DNA of 64,000 nucleotides, taken from positions 45,012,001 to 45,076,000 of the forward strand of contig NC_134476.1 in assembly GCF_964194025.1 (NCBI RefSeq), given 5' to 3'. Of the stretch, positions 25,732 through 39,100 are shown piece by piece. Source of the stretch: Convolutriloba macropyga (lineage: Eukaryota). Position numbers and translations under genes: made by a program. The first letter of the stretch is position 1. The number at the start of each line of letters is the position of its first letter. The notes beneath the pieces are model-generated. The model worked only from the letters and a program-made list of their open reading frames with translations, was not told where the DNA came from and searched no databases.

Positions 25732-28700
25732 CTGCAGTGCAAATTTGCCCATCTGGTGGTGATTCACGTGATCAAGTAGCCACCACAGCTCCTATCCTTC
25801 TAGACAGCAGTGGAAATCTCATGTTAGTCATTGAAGCAACGCTCTTCTAGAATATTCTCAGCATGTACCATCCAATTAAGACCCTTGGAAAGTTTCCAGT
25901 TGCGGGTTGTTTTATCGAGCTTTTTTGGCATACATTGCATTCGAATCAATCCAAAGAATAACCTATTATAATGTCAAAGAGTTTATTGTTTTGTTTTCCC
26001 CAGTTTTAGACTCAGTTTCAATTCATAGGTTAATTGAAATTGCCACTATACTTTGACAATGTATGTGTGCCTGTCATTTGATCAATCGAAATGTTAAATC
26101 AATTGTTAAATCAAAAGTTATCAGTTAACATAGAGTAATTTAATCTGACTATTTGGTCAAAGTTGGACAAATAGACAGTGTGGGTTCAAAAAGGTTTGAT
26201 TACTTGGCAACTAGAGGCTGAATGTAGAAAGAGTACGGCTTGCTCGTCTTCAGCACAAAAAATGGATATGATAACATACTTTATTGTTAAAATGAACTTG
26301 ATTATAAGTAAATGACTTGAACAATTTTAGGCTTCAGTTTCATATCAGCACTAACGACCAATTTCCACCAATCAAATTCCGATACAAAGTGTACCCTCAT
26401 GATCAGGATTCATCTCTCAACTCACAACAGTCGTGCAACCCTAGTGGATCTGGGAACAACCCAATTTCGTATCAGTTCCAAGAAATAGACTGGTCAACTC
26501 AGCCTGAAAGTGGACCAAAAGCGGGACTCAATCTTGTTCTCATAAGTCTGCCTTGTGAATCCAACTTGTTTGTACTTGAAGCCACTATGCAGCCTTCCGT
26601 CCAGTCAAGTTGTGCCACTATTGATCAAGTCAAGTTCTCCCTCGCTGGAACTGTTTGCAAACCCAAAGTTGTAAGTCATCATTCCATTGCCAAAATTGTG
26701 TCCAGTATGGGCAAATAGTTTAATATATTCCCACGGAAATAAACCCCCACTTGACTTTTAACCAGCCGAGCATTTATCGCGTTTGGCCATGCCTCGCGAG
26801 CCATGGCTATGCGTTGGCGGCCCGTGGCACTTGATATGAAACTATCACAGCCGAACAAATTATCACAATCAAAGTTCATATTTATAATGGGGGTTCATTT
26901 GCGTGGGGGTTTTTTCCGTGGTTTTTTTCCTATCTATAATTATGTGGGGGTTTATTTCCTAGACCCAGTTTAAACCGGTCTTTTTCTGTTCAGTTCCCCA
27001 AGAGATTGACGTTCCTACCTCTGACATTCAGCGAAGGATTCCGTTCCGAAGAATGCATTCCAAATGCCCAAGTGGCTCAGCCTCGCAACTCATTTGATGT
27101 GGAACGAAAGCCATCTCCTAATTTCAAATACAAGTGCTTCCGCAAATTCTCTCTTCTGGGCTTCGAGTTTTATCCAGTTAAAGAACCAAGTCAGGGAACC
27201 GGGTCTGGGTCAAACCGTGGAGGTCGCGAATTGGAGCAGAACTATGGGGAATGCGTCTGTAGCGCTGGTTTTGAGAATTTCACAAATTTTGAAGGATCAT
27301 CTACATGCAGAGGTCAGTATTGCAGTACTTTCAACCAATAGTTTTTATGAAAACTTATTTTCGTTTTTGTTATAACGAGTTCTCATTCTAATTTGTTTAA
27401 GCTTGTGGACCAAACTCTTTCAAAGCATTCCCTGGATCCGCATCTTGTTCGTTTTGTCCTCCAAATTCAAGAGCCTCTGATGACAGAAAGAGCTGTGTTT
27501 GTGATCCTGGTTTCTTTCCTGAATCTTCCTCTGTGATGTCGTCGTCACGGGCGTCTGGAGGACTCGGACTGTCCTCGATGGTCATCAAGTCATGCGCCGC
27601 TGTTCCATCACCCGTTAGGTACACTTCATCGAAATCTTAAAACTGAAGGAAAAGTTTTGAGCTATAACGTCAAAACGGTGTTCAGTGCTGACTAAATGTG
27701 TTAGCAAAATTGTTTATAGTGAGGTTGTGTTTAGACAACTCAGCTCCTACGTATCAGGCAATGTTGTGTTCGTCTACTGGCGCCCTCCTGCAAACTTGAA
27801 TGAGTTGCAGACTAAGCAGACCACCTTTACCATATCAATTTTCAATTCCACCAACAATCGTCTCCTAGGCAACTATTCCACTCGGTTCCAATCGAAGCTA
27901 CTCACTGGTTTGGAAGCTAAAGAGACCTACTTGATTAAAGTGTATGCCAGTTATAGAGCTCAACTTAGTGTCCCCGAGCAAGTCACAGTTTCGACCTCAG
28001 AACCTTGTGAGTTCTACCAGTTTTCTAAGAAAATCGAGGATCTTTTCTGTTCGTGCCCCCCCCCCCCCCCCAGTACGTTATGCGCCCCCAGTTACAGAGC
28101 ACATGCAATTACACAGTAAATCCTTATGTTAAAATATGGCACGTGCTCCTGGGGGGTGCAAATAAAATGAACCCAATAAGCTGGGGGGCACAAACGGAAG
28201 AGGTCCAAAATCGACAATTCATTTTTATAGAATAATTGATGACGGTTTCTTCGGAATTTCGAATTTAAATTAATATAAGGGGATTTGAATTCAATGCTGT
28301 GAACAATTATGATTTCTGGTTATTTTTGTATCTATCTATTTGTAGAGAAGTGGTTAGTTTTATGTCGGCCTTTCTGAGGATTAAAGATGATGGAAATTTC
28401 CGTTTAGGGACGTTGAACTTCACGAAAGAGTCGGCTAAACAGAGTGGTTCAATTGTACTCAGGTGGAGTGACTACCCGGCCAGAAGTGTGAAGAACTTTG
28501 CCCACTACAACATACAAGTGCTGCCCAAACAGCTCTCCCATCCCAGCAGAAACAACCGATTCCTGCCTGTACTGGATGCAGAAGTCACCACCAATGTATT
28601 CACATTCAATGCCGACAACATCAAGCCCATTTATGGAAGTTACTGGGACGAGGAGCAAGGTACTGTTAGAGGATTGTACTTGTCAACTTGTTAGTTCTCA

Positions 28701-31700
28701 TTGTGACCATCCGAAAAGCAAATTAAACATTCTGAGCAGTAAAAACCATATAAATTCAGAGATAGCAACTGTGTTTGAGACAGTTGGTATCTTTAAAATG
28801 CCCAAAGTCTGCAGCGCTAAAAAGTTAGTTTAAATGCCAAAATTTCCTATATACATAGCCAGAAGTTGATATCCATCAATTTTCGGAATATAAAAACTTG
28901 CAAGTTGCGTTTTAAGCTGGGTCACGTGACTCTGCAGAAGTCTTTTCGAAACTCTCTAAGCATCTCGAACACCTCGATGGTTGTCAATAAAAGCCAGAAA
29001 TTATCTGTGACTTCACGCAGAGTCACGTAACATATGCACATGAGGCTTTATTACTATGGACCATGCTGATGTTTCTGTGAAGAATCAGAGGACTGCATTC
29101 ACGTATAAAATATACTTTTTGGGTGAAATACACTCCTATGATTCCCATATGATTCTTGTAGATGTTCTAACTAATTAATGCTGAAACTTGAGATAAGTGT
29201 TTGTTTTGATTATTTTTGGGAAGAGTGTGATTATGAGATAGTGGTTTTGAGTGATAATGGGTGTGGTAATAGTTACAATTGTTGTGATTGATTTATAGGG
29301 AAGTACGTGGAGTATGGTCCAATGTCAACAGAGTACTGTGTGAGAGTGGGGGTGGTCGAGACATTTTCCAGTCCATTCCATCCCCCCTCCTCTTCCAATG
29401 TGCTCTCTTCCTCATCTCTCTACACCCATTGGTCCAGCAAGTGCGAGCCAGTTCAGATTGGTTAGTCAATCTTGATCGCCATATTCGATTGCTCAAAATA
29501 GAGTCAAGAAGAAGAATTAATTTCTCTCGAGTTATATATTTACAGTGATACATATATCAGCTAGAACACAGAGAGAGGACAGATAACGGAGCACTGATGC
29601 TCACTAGATTCTGCCCCTGGAGTCAATTGTTCTAGTTAACATATAAGTTTCTAATCTGTTCATTTCGTAGAGCTGAAGCCACCTAAATAACTAAATCACG
29701 CTAATTAAAGGAGGACTTTTACTTTTTTCGGTCTCCATCTTAAAACCAGCTGTTATATTTCAAGCCAAGTCTGGGCAAGGTAAGCAATATTGCCGTATTG
29801 GGTACTTATGGAAGACTTGAGGGTTTGGGAACCTCTTCTTTGATTGAACTGCCGACAGAATTCAAAGTTAACTCATGTTTTGAATTGTATTTTCCAATAC
29901 TGCCTCCTGTTATTTATTATATATAACTGTAATTGTTGTTGTTGTGTTTGCAGGTGGGTTCGTGTTTGCCAAAGTGATCATCTGGGGGTGTGTGTTTGTG
30001 TTGTTCATTGTGGTCCTATTCCTGTGTCTGATAGTGGGGTGCTGTTTTGTCAAGTACAAGAGAAGACAGTTCGAGGCTCTCTACCCTCACAACAACTCAA
30101 ACACTGCAGCTCCTATTGACCCACGATGTAAGTCAACTTCTCTATATTCTTGTTCTTCTAAATCCTCTGCTTAATTTTCACTAAACTTCTTACAGCCTTT
30201 ATTAAACAAAAATGTTTTCAATACATAGCCATATTTCAGAAATTGATCATTCTAAATTGATCGTTTGTCTAAAATTCGTATCCGACAAAATTGAATTGTT
30301 TTTCCATTTTTACTATTCCTCAGAAACAGTAGAATGATGTAAACAAAACACCATTTTTGTCGACTTGTTACTAAAACTTAATATACCGAATGGAATCTAT
30401 AAATTGTTACAATTTAATTGTTAGTATTTGTAGAATTAAAAAATTAATTACAATTCGCTTTGTTACATTTAATCAAAGAAACTGCCAATATGTCAATAAT
30501 TTCAAATCTTTTCATTAGTTTGTGATAAACTCTTTGTGAATAAATTTCAAACGCTTTTCTATACCTCACAATTTATCGTTCATCAGAGGGATTTTGTCAG
30601 TTTTCCTCAATTTTTTCCTCTTTTTATTTTTTCGCCAGGGTGAAGTGAAGAAAGTATATGAAGTATCTTGTTCACGTACAAAGTCAACAGTGCTTTTTGT
30701 TAATCTTTATTTGCGCCTGTTTACATTTGTTTACGTCTGTTTATTCTTCAATTGACAATTTGTTTTCTCTTTAATTCCTAATGATTTTGCGGCGTCGCAA
30801 TTCTGGGCGCCTGGTAGCAATTGTTACAACACGTTTTTCCTTCTCAAGAGGATAATAATGTTCACAGCAGTATTTTTCAAGTGCTCCCATAACTCTTCAC
30901 AAATGGCTTGTTTGTCTAACTGAATGCTCAAATTAGGACTCTCTACCCAATTACAAGTCAATTTTGGGCCATTAGCAGGACAAGTGCCTGCTGTACTCTT
31001 TTGTTTGTCTTCCTATAGGCTGTTGATAATGTTTTCTTATGGTGTCATGTGATCACCATACCTTCTGTTGACGATGAAAGATAATTGCAAAAATGCTTCC
31101 TATAATTTTAACAGCCATTATTGAAATTGGAGGATATTAATTAACGTAATTCTTTGCCATCACAGCTAATTGCTTGCAATTAATATTAAACAGTTTTAAG
31201 ATGCTAAACTTTTAATTATCTCCAGTGTTAACTTGTGGTTTAGGGACACAGTGATGACAAAAAGGCTGTAGTTAACCAAAATTGGTTCGAAATAATGAGT
31301 TTGATTTGACAATGGTCAATGTGTCTGCTCTTCAACTTTAATTGCAATCTTTCATAAAATCAACTCAAATAAAAATCAGATCCAAGTCAAACAGAAGAAT
31401 TGTATGCTCCCCGTTAAGATCTTAATGGGAAAATGAGGCGGGATTAATTTGTTCACTGGGGGTGGTTTTGGGAAAATTTAGGAATAACCAGGGCTATAAA
31501 AGTCAAAATATTACAAGCTCTTTCCAATATTTACAACCTACTTTTTCAAACAATTCTAGTTGGGACAATATTGCACAATTGATTTCCAATTGAGAAAGGA
31601 AGACCAAGGAAGATCAGTTTATAGTTCAAAGGGAAAAGTTATTACAAGTTAACGACCTCTCTATTAACTGGTAGTTGATAAATTAAACATGTCATTTGCA

Positions 31701-34700
31701 TCTGTTCTCACTGATATAAATTTCAACTAACTTCTATTGATTTCTTAGGATCTTTCTCAATTAACTCACTTTGATAAAGGCAAACAACCGCTTTAATGCT
31801 TTTGAGAAAAATGGGAAAGATCTGATTTTGAATTCAATTGTTAATTAATATTCAGAAAGCCCTTGTTTATAGTACATTTTTCTGACGCTTTATGACGAAA
31901 AGCGCAATCGTGCCGTCAGCACTTGACAAAAAAGCAATTGAGTTAGGCAATAGTTGCCATTTTATTTGTTTTGGGTTGTTTGGATGTTTTTCGTCTCATG
32001 AAATTTTCTGTCTCATGAGACGTCGTCGGTAACTTTTCCATCATAGTGCTAAGAATTTTTTGGGAATTTTTTGTAGGTTACGCCTTCCCCTAGTCCTTAA
32101 TAGCCAAGACTTTTGCATTTGAGTTTTCTGAGCGCAACCGAAGTTTTAGTTAACTAATTTAAAAAAATGATAACCAGATTGAGGAAACTCTCCAAAAAGT
32201 GTTTCTGCGATTATGTCGTGCTTTGGAAATCTTTAAAACCTGTTGTTGGTTTTTACCCGCACTGAATGGAATGTGAAGAAAAAATGCACGCGAGCCCTTT
32301 AGAATTATGATGTTTTAATACTTGACGGTGGCGTTTTCATTATTGTTATAGAAAAGAAGTTGGACTAATCACTATTTTGGAGTTATGCTCACAATTTATT
32401 TGATGTCATCTAGCAACGTTTGCTTGAGACAGTCGCATTCATTTCAACTGCGAGCATTGCTAGTTAAGTGAAAGAGGAAAGAGAGCCAACTGATGAAGAG
32501 CATTTAATACAATATTTGACAAAGTGTTGTTTTCAAAAAAACAATTTGGCATATCGATGAAGCATCAATTTGTCTAACTTTCTTAAAAGTTGGGTTCTGA
32601 AACAACCCAAAAATTTTGGGTGAATTACTCGCAAACTGGCGAGCGGTTGTCTTCGACAGCAGCTAGCTTTGGTTACGGCTGGCTAGCGTAAGAGAAGGGG
32701 ACAAGGAGCAGAGAAAGGTGGTCATGAAGTGGCTTAATTGAGGGTGGGGTGGTTGGAGCGTTGGGGGTACTGCTCTAAACACCACCAGAAACCTATCCCT
32801 CCCAATATGATCATGTGTTATCAGCGCCTTCGGAGAATTGCACACTTAGAGACTAGCAAAGCTCTAAGAGAACTGCTCAGTGAACTAATGCCCTCCGGCA
32901 TTTACCTGTTTATTTTGTTTTTGAAAACAAAAATTTAAATGGTCAGGCGATATAAATCTATCAGACATAATGTCCGTAGCACAAAATGGGATAAAAAACC
33001 AGTTGAGTAATATAATTTTTACAGACTTCGTTTGTGATCAATTAATTAGTCATAAATTTTAATTTCAAACAAAACAAGTACTTTCTTGAGCATTTCTTAT
33101 TTTTGACGGGGAAAATCATCTGTTAGGAATCAAGGCTATTAGTTAAAAAAATGAAGTGAAAAATTTTACTCCGTCGTAATTGTGCACATATATAAGATTG
33201 ACTAAAAGTATGGGACTATTTATTTTGCCACAGTTTTCATATGGCGCGTAGGTTTTGTTTACTTTTCAGTGATTGTTATCTAAGTGTTGTGCTCTTTTTA
33301 GTTGCTTAGCAATTTTCAAATCATTTCATTTTGTCTGTGATGTTTGATTTTTGTCCCATATTTGACAAAAAATAGGAAGTATCGATCTTTTAAAAAATCA
33401 TTGATTAGGCAAGGGATGTTAGTGAGAATTGGATGGAAGTTGTGGATGTTCACATGATTGATAGGGTAAAGTATTGTGAATGGGCGATTAGAGATAGCAT
33501 TAGGATGTAGTCTCCCACAATATCGATTGTTGTGAAACAGAAGGAGATAGATACTATTGAACCAGCATAAAAGAACCCATGGTCCGCAAAATACGTATCC
33601 TCACCCTGTGACCACTCAAACACTGCTCATTTAGTTCAATTCCATTTAAACAGAAATTTTTAACAGCGAAAAAAAATATTTTATAAGATAAACCGAATAT
33701 ATTATAGTGAAATAAAGATTGCTTTATTCGATACTTCGTTTAAGTATTCAGAATAAGAATGCTAAGTAGAGAAATTTTTGGTTTGCTTATGAAATAGTTG
33801 TTTGTTCAACGACAGATTAATGGAAGGTGTTTTACTGAGCCAATGTTAGACCAGTTCTGGACCACAATAATTCTCTCAAGACTGCAATTTCAATTGCACT
33901 TTTAAATGGTTTTTTTTCGGACCAACTCCAATCGCGATGGCTTTTTCTCAAACATAACATGTGATACAGATGTTTTAAATGACATTTCGGTTATCTAAGC
34001 TGTCGGATTGCGTAGTGTGTTGTGTGTGGTGCAGTTGTCGTGGATTAAATGTGACTGGAGTGTCCGCAGATACACACTCCAGTCAGTGCCAGTCAACCTG
34101 AATGGCTTTTAACCCAATCCAGACCCACAATAGAGAGATAGAAGCCCATAGTGCAGTATAGTAGTATCCATAATACTAACTATTTTCACTCTATTGATTA
34201 AATACACAGGCTGCTACTGTCTTACAGATTAGAATGTGGGCAGGGTCCTTTAATAATATTATCTCTCCATTTTCCCATTCTTACCCTATCTCTCTCTCTC
34301 TCTCCATCCGTATATTTATCCTGACATACCTCGGTTCGCCCATATCATCAAATGCCTCTCCCACATTTCTCTGGAGCCCGGAGGGTTTTGTTCAAATTAA
34401 AGTTGAACTATAGCCTGAATTTGTTTTGAGGCAATGAATTGTAATCAAAATTGACACATAAATTGTTGAATAATGTTATCTTATTTTGTTGATCAATTGC
34501 ATTGGTGATTGCTCACCAATTTGAATCTATTAGAAGAAATCAAAAGATATTACTCACCAATCTAATCAACCAATCGCCTTTGGCGCACATTGAGTATGAA
34601 GCCATGTACAATATCCCTACTATCAGTTAGCAGTTAAGCTATCAGCAAAAGTAATCAGGATTCATTAATTGATCCGAATTGATTAGATCAAGATAATTGA

Positions 34701-35643
34701 TAAGCCCAAGGCTCACTTTGAATATTATACATGTTGGCCTTTTTTGTCTAGTATTGCTATACAAAAATAAATTTAATCGGAAATATGATTCTCAACGATT
34801 TTTTTTCTAGGAAGCTTTAATGAATGAAGACTTCCAGTTGCCTATTTTTTTCATGAAACGTTAAATAAAACGGGAATCACTCTTCTGCGAGAATAAACAC
34901 GTAGTTTGCCCTGTTGAGTTTTGGCGATGAAATCAGAAGCGAATTCCTTATTTAAATAATGTGTCTTTACAGATCCAGCATCTGAGTACATAGTAGCAGC
35001 TGGACACTACCCTCCCCAGTTACAATCATTCCCAACTGACAGCACCTACATTCCAGTCGGGTCTGGCACATCATACTGGAGTGCCTCCGCAGCCGGAGCA
35101 TCCCCGGACATCCTGTATCACCCGGCCACTGCCATTCTACCCGCCCGCACCCCTCTCGGAATAGACAATGACATGTACGAAGTGTTGAATCAACATAAGT
35201 ACAACATGAACATGGGACAGGGTGCTGGTGTCATCAAAGGTCAGCAGAATTTGACCCCTGACTACGTCGGAATACACCATCAGATGGAGTTGAACAATCC
35301 TAACATGAGTGATATTGATAATGACATCTACCAGATGCAGAAGGGATTTGACTGCACTGGAAACATTTTGGGAATGGTTAACTATCAGAGTGGCAAGTTG
35401 GGGTCAGAGGTCAACTTTGATGCTGATGAGAAGGAGTCAACAGTTGGGGGTGTGAACAAAGGTCAAGGCCACCAACAAAGTAAAGGTCAAAGACCTCCTT
35501 TGCCTTCCAGATGTCCTGCAACAGCAGCTGACAACATTCAAAGCGGGGGAGGAGGAAACTCTACTATTTCATCCACAAAATCCAACGGTCAGTACTCTCA
35601 TATTAATTACATCGGTACCTTATCTATGGTAACATTGAGCTGA
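25732..35643 (+). CDS. Multi-exon Eph-receptor-like type I membrane protein (divergent ligand-binding-like domain, Cys-rich region, 2 FN3, TM, Tyr-rich tail; no kinase seen). Exons: ~25732-25822, 26331-26670, 26994-27312, 27402-27618, 27735-28006, ~28351-28659, 29299-29460, 29954-30127, 34973-35643. The 5' exon(s) are unresolved.
   Basis: GT-AG introns join in phase (the 28351 acceptor is not the first AG, so it is less certain). Motifs: GECVCSAGFE...CRACGPNSFKAFPGSASCSFCPPNS...CVCDPGF (Eph Cys-rich); VYWRPP...LTGLEAKETYLIKVYA (FN3); VLRWS...YNIQV...TEYCVRV (FN3); hydrophobic helix followed by KYKRR. Confidence 0.8.
26729..26960. mobile_element. Intronic MITE-like inverted repeat
   Basis: ccacggaaataaacccccac on the left; complementary gtgggggttttttccgtgg (~26903) and gtgggggtttatttcc (~26944) on the right. 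Confidence 0.65.
28038..28206. mobile_element. 169-bp MITE with GG...CC termini and 8-bp TSD (Merlin-like or hAT-like)
   Basis: Imperfect TIR ggatcttttctgttcgtgcccccc / ggggggcacaaacggaagaggtcc; TSD aaaatcga at 28030-28037 and 28207-28214. Confidence 0.85.
28921..29031. repeat. Small intronic inverted repeat (~22-bp arms)
   Basis: gtcacgtgactctgcagaagtc versus gacttcacgcagagtcacgtaac. Confidence 0.7.
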
Positions 35644-36130
35644 CACTACTAATTTTTTGTATCTCAAGAAAAATGCTCCCACGAAGACCGAAAATTGAAA
35701 AAGTTAAAACTTAATAATTATTGGAATTATGAAACTTTGACAATCAATTGGAGTAGTCTTTCAGCAGTTCTACGAACTCAACGTTTCATAAAATTTTTTC
35801 AACTTCAAAAATTAAATGTTCTATTTATTTTAAAACGATTTTGGCGGACAATCAATTTTGATTGTTTTTATTATTGTTCCCACATTTCTTTGAAAATAAA
35901 AAGGGGAGAACTTCATGCCAGCCCCCTTTTTTTGTTCAGACACTTTTTTTGAGGGTATCCTAGATTAACAATGTGGTATCAAATTAAAGCTATCTGAGTG
36001 TCAAATATCACTACAAAGAGAAAAAATTAGATGTTTTAATACTAAAACTAAAGACAATTTACGGCTTTTTCGATGGCGTCCGAGAACAGCCGTTACGTTA
36101 AATTCCTAAATCTGTCTGATTCTCAAATTC

Positions 36131-36188
36131 AACAAGGAGGCTCGGTAATGTGCGTTTGCACATAAAGTTCCGACCCCGCTCATACACA
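36131..36188 (-). mobile_element. Helitron-like 3' end, copy 3 (truncated)
   Basis: acaaggaggctcggtaatgtgcgtttgcacat...ccgaccccgctcat closely matches 3420-3476. Confidence 0.65.
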
Positions 36189-39100
36189 TGAGAACAGATA
36201 GAAAACGCCCAAAATTTTACTTTATAGCTTCTGAAATGTGAGGTTAACTTGGACTGTGTTTTACTTTAGACGTCTGTGGGAATAAATTTCGAGATAACAG
36301 TTGTGTTAATGAGTTAATTTCGTACAAAGAGCTTCATATTCCTATGATTGTATGCATTCTAAACATTTTTTGATCTCACTTTTATACTAAGCTTGAAGCA
36401 AGACTTTTATGAAAAGACAGCTGTTATTACCTTTGAATTATTTGTAAAAAAGATTAAGAAAAGTTAGAAAATAATACTTGAATGAAAATGTATAAATAGT
36501 TGTGCGTCATTTGCAGTCCTCTTGAACAACTTTCTATCCTATCTTTCTCCCTTTTTCTTGTGTGTTTGCAGAGCAGAGTGTGTTTGAATGAACTTTTGTC
36601 TCCTTCTCAACAGTTGTGCCAATAGTGTCCATAATGTCCCTTTGTATCCAAATCCATTCATTTCACTCTATTCTCCGAGGAGAGAAAGGGAGAATGATAG
36701 GTTCACCAGCTCAACCTTAAGTCAACAATCCGTTGTCAATATTGATTGCTTTCTTTTAGAAACCTCAAACTAATTTTTCACATGTTTTCAGTTTCCATAT
36801 TTTGGCAATTGCGTATACTTTGTGACATAAAATATAATTCTGCTTTTAAATCATTGATCGGGGGGGGGGGGGGGGGATAGCTAGTATCTCTGGTTTCACG
36901 ATCTTACAAATTGAAAGGCTTGAAAACTGTTTTAGTTTTAAGTTTTTGCACTGGTTGATGAAATGTGTGGATTTTTGTGAAAGGAATAATTTGAATAGGC
37001 ATTGTAGTGTCTTAATATTAATGCTGAATATTTAATCCATGCATCCTCTCTTTTTCCTCTTTCTCTTAGATGTGTGAGTGTATTATAATCCTGTTTAGTA
37101 TTCCAGAGAAGTAGTCATAATGTGACGTCCTCCAGGGCGACTCTAGACCCATAAATGTCACCATAAAACTCAACTTATCCAACTCAAGGCTAGAAAAGTA
37201 AACGACGTCATAAATTTTAACCCCTCTCCAATAAAACATCAAACATCCCTACATTCCTTGCTGCAGCTCCCGCCCTCTCCGGATGTTTTTGGAGCGAAAG
37301 GGAGGAACTTTTTAACACAGTTTGCGGAAGTCACTTCAGCCGTTTATTCTAATCTATACTCATAAACTGCACGCTCATTTCGAACGTTTCAGCAAAACTC
37401 TTAAATAATTTTGTTCGCATTCGCATCTAGGACAAATATGATAATTGTTCTATCAGTCAGCTGAAGAAACTTCTCTATTCTCCGTCTCTTTCTCAATAAC
37501 CATTTCATAGCCTGTTTTTTAACGTAGTCATATTGAGAAAAAATTTTTCGCGCAAAAAATGGAGTTTGCGTTTAACAAAAAAATGGAATATTGTTTTTTT
37601 TTCATACCAAAAATGACCAACGTCAGCTGGGCTGTATTTCCCCTTAATTGCCAATTTTAATTCTACTTGACAAAACAGCAACAACAAAACAAATTTAATC
37701 GCATTTTCTGGAACATTTTGCGACAGTTTGCTCTTTTAAACGTTCAACTGTAAGTTTTGGCGCCTTGAAGAATGGCGGTTTTAGGGATTTATTCAGCGGG
37801 GAGCACACAATTTACTCAACCTGGAGGCTAGAAGTGCAGTTTACTTTGTCCTTTAGAACTCCCCAAAAAAGCCCGGCAGCCGCTGCTCATTGTGTTGTTT
37901 GCTGTGTCTTTTAATCCATACAATTTAGCAACAATAATTTGAGAGTAAAGATGGCTCCGTATTTACTAACGGATGTCGTGAAACACAAAAAATGAGCGCC
38001 GTAATTGAACAAAACCTATTCATATTTTATGAACAAATTTATATCTCTCCCTTTTCAACGAGTGCTAAGAAATCCCTCAAATTGCATTTGCAGCCCCAGT
38101 CCATAAATTATTGCAACTTTAATTGATAAAGATCTCCTCAGACTTGTATGCATTGAAAGTCTGTTGGCCAAACCCATAAACGCTTATGTTCGTTTTTGAT
38201 TCTGAGTGCCGATGTTTTGTTAGCCCACTCTCTGATAATTGATATAAATAGTAAAAAGTTGTGTTAAAAATGAGTTTGCAAAATTTGTCTTTCGTCGTAG
38301 ATTTAATGATTCAATTAGTTTAAATTTTACGACTACATCATAAAAAGTGTACACATGATGTGCATTTTTGCCCCCAAGATAGCTTGTTTTAATCTGATTT
38401 GGGTAATCTTTGAAAACGGCTATTAAGTTAACAACCCTTAATCCTAAAAATGCCTCTGTTGTTCTGAAAACCTTGCGGGGTTTTAGTCTCTAAATGTCCT
38501 TTTTCAACAAATACATTAGCTCATATTGTGGATTTTTTGGGGGATTTTGACCGAGCTGAAAAGTTTTTCATTTGATCGGGTTTTGCTGCGGTTGTTCACA
38601 TTGCAGCCTGTGTGAATCATTGGATGTGATCAGCTTAGTGTGAATTAATAATAAACCCACGTGAAGAAAAGGTGAAAAGTTAGTGAAAAGATTAGCATGG
38701 AGGGATTTGAGATCGGGTGGTTCTAATAAATATTGACAAAAGTTTAATTTAATCTTCATTCCAGCCACTTGTAAGATTGAATCGCCCCGTTATGAGCTCA
38801 AACCTAGAAGGGTGGTATTTATTATAGCCCCGACAAGTCTATTGTTTTGGTAGTGCTTTCCCCTTTCAAGATCTCTTTAACCGTTAAATATTTAGCAGAT
38901 TATCATAATCCTCCCTAATATAACACCATTACCTAAACTTCCACGGCTAGGCTCAAAAACCTTCACTTTACATGGACATACATATGGCCGATCCGTTTTC
39001 TCAATTTTGTCAAAATGTTGCCTGCCTTTTTAAAATCAAAAGGTCCTAACATTTAATCTGAGTTGAAGCATTTGAAATTTTGCATGGCTGTCTTTCACGG

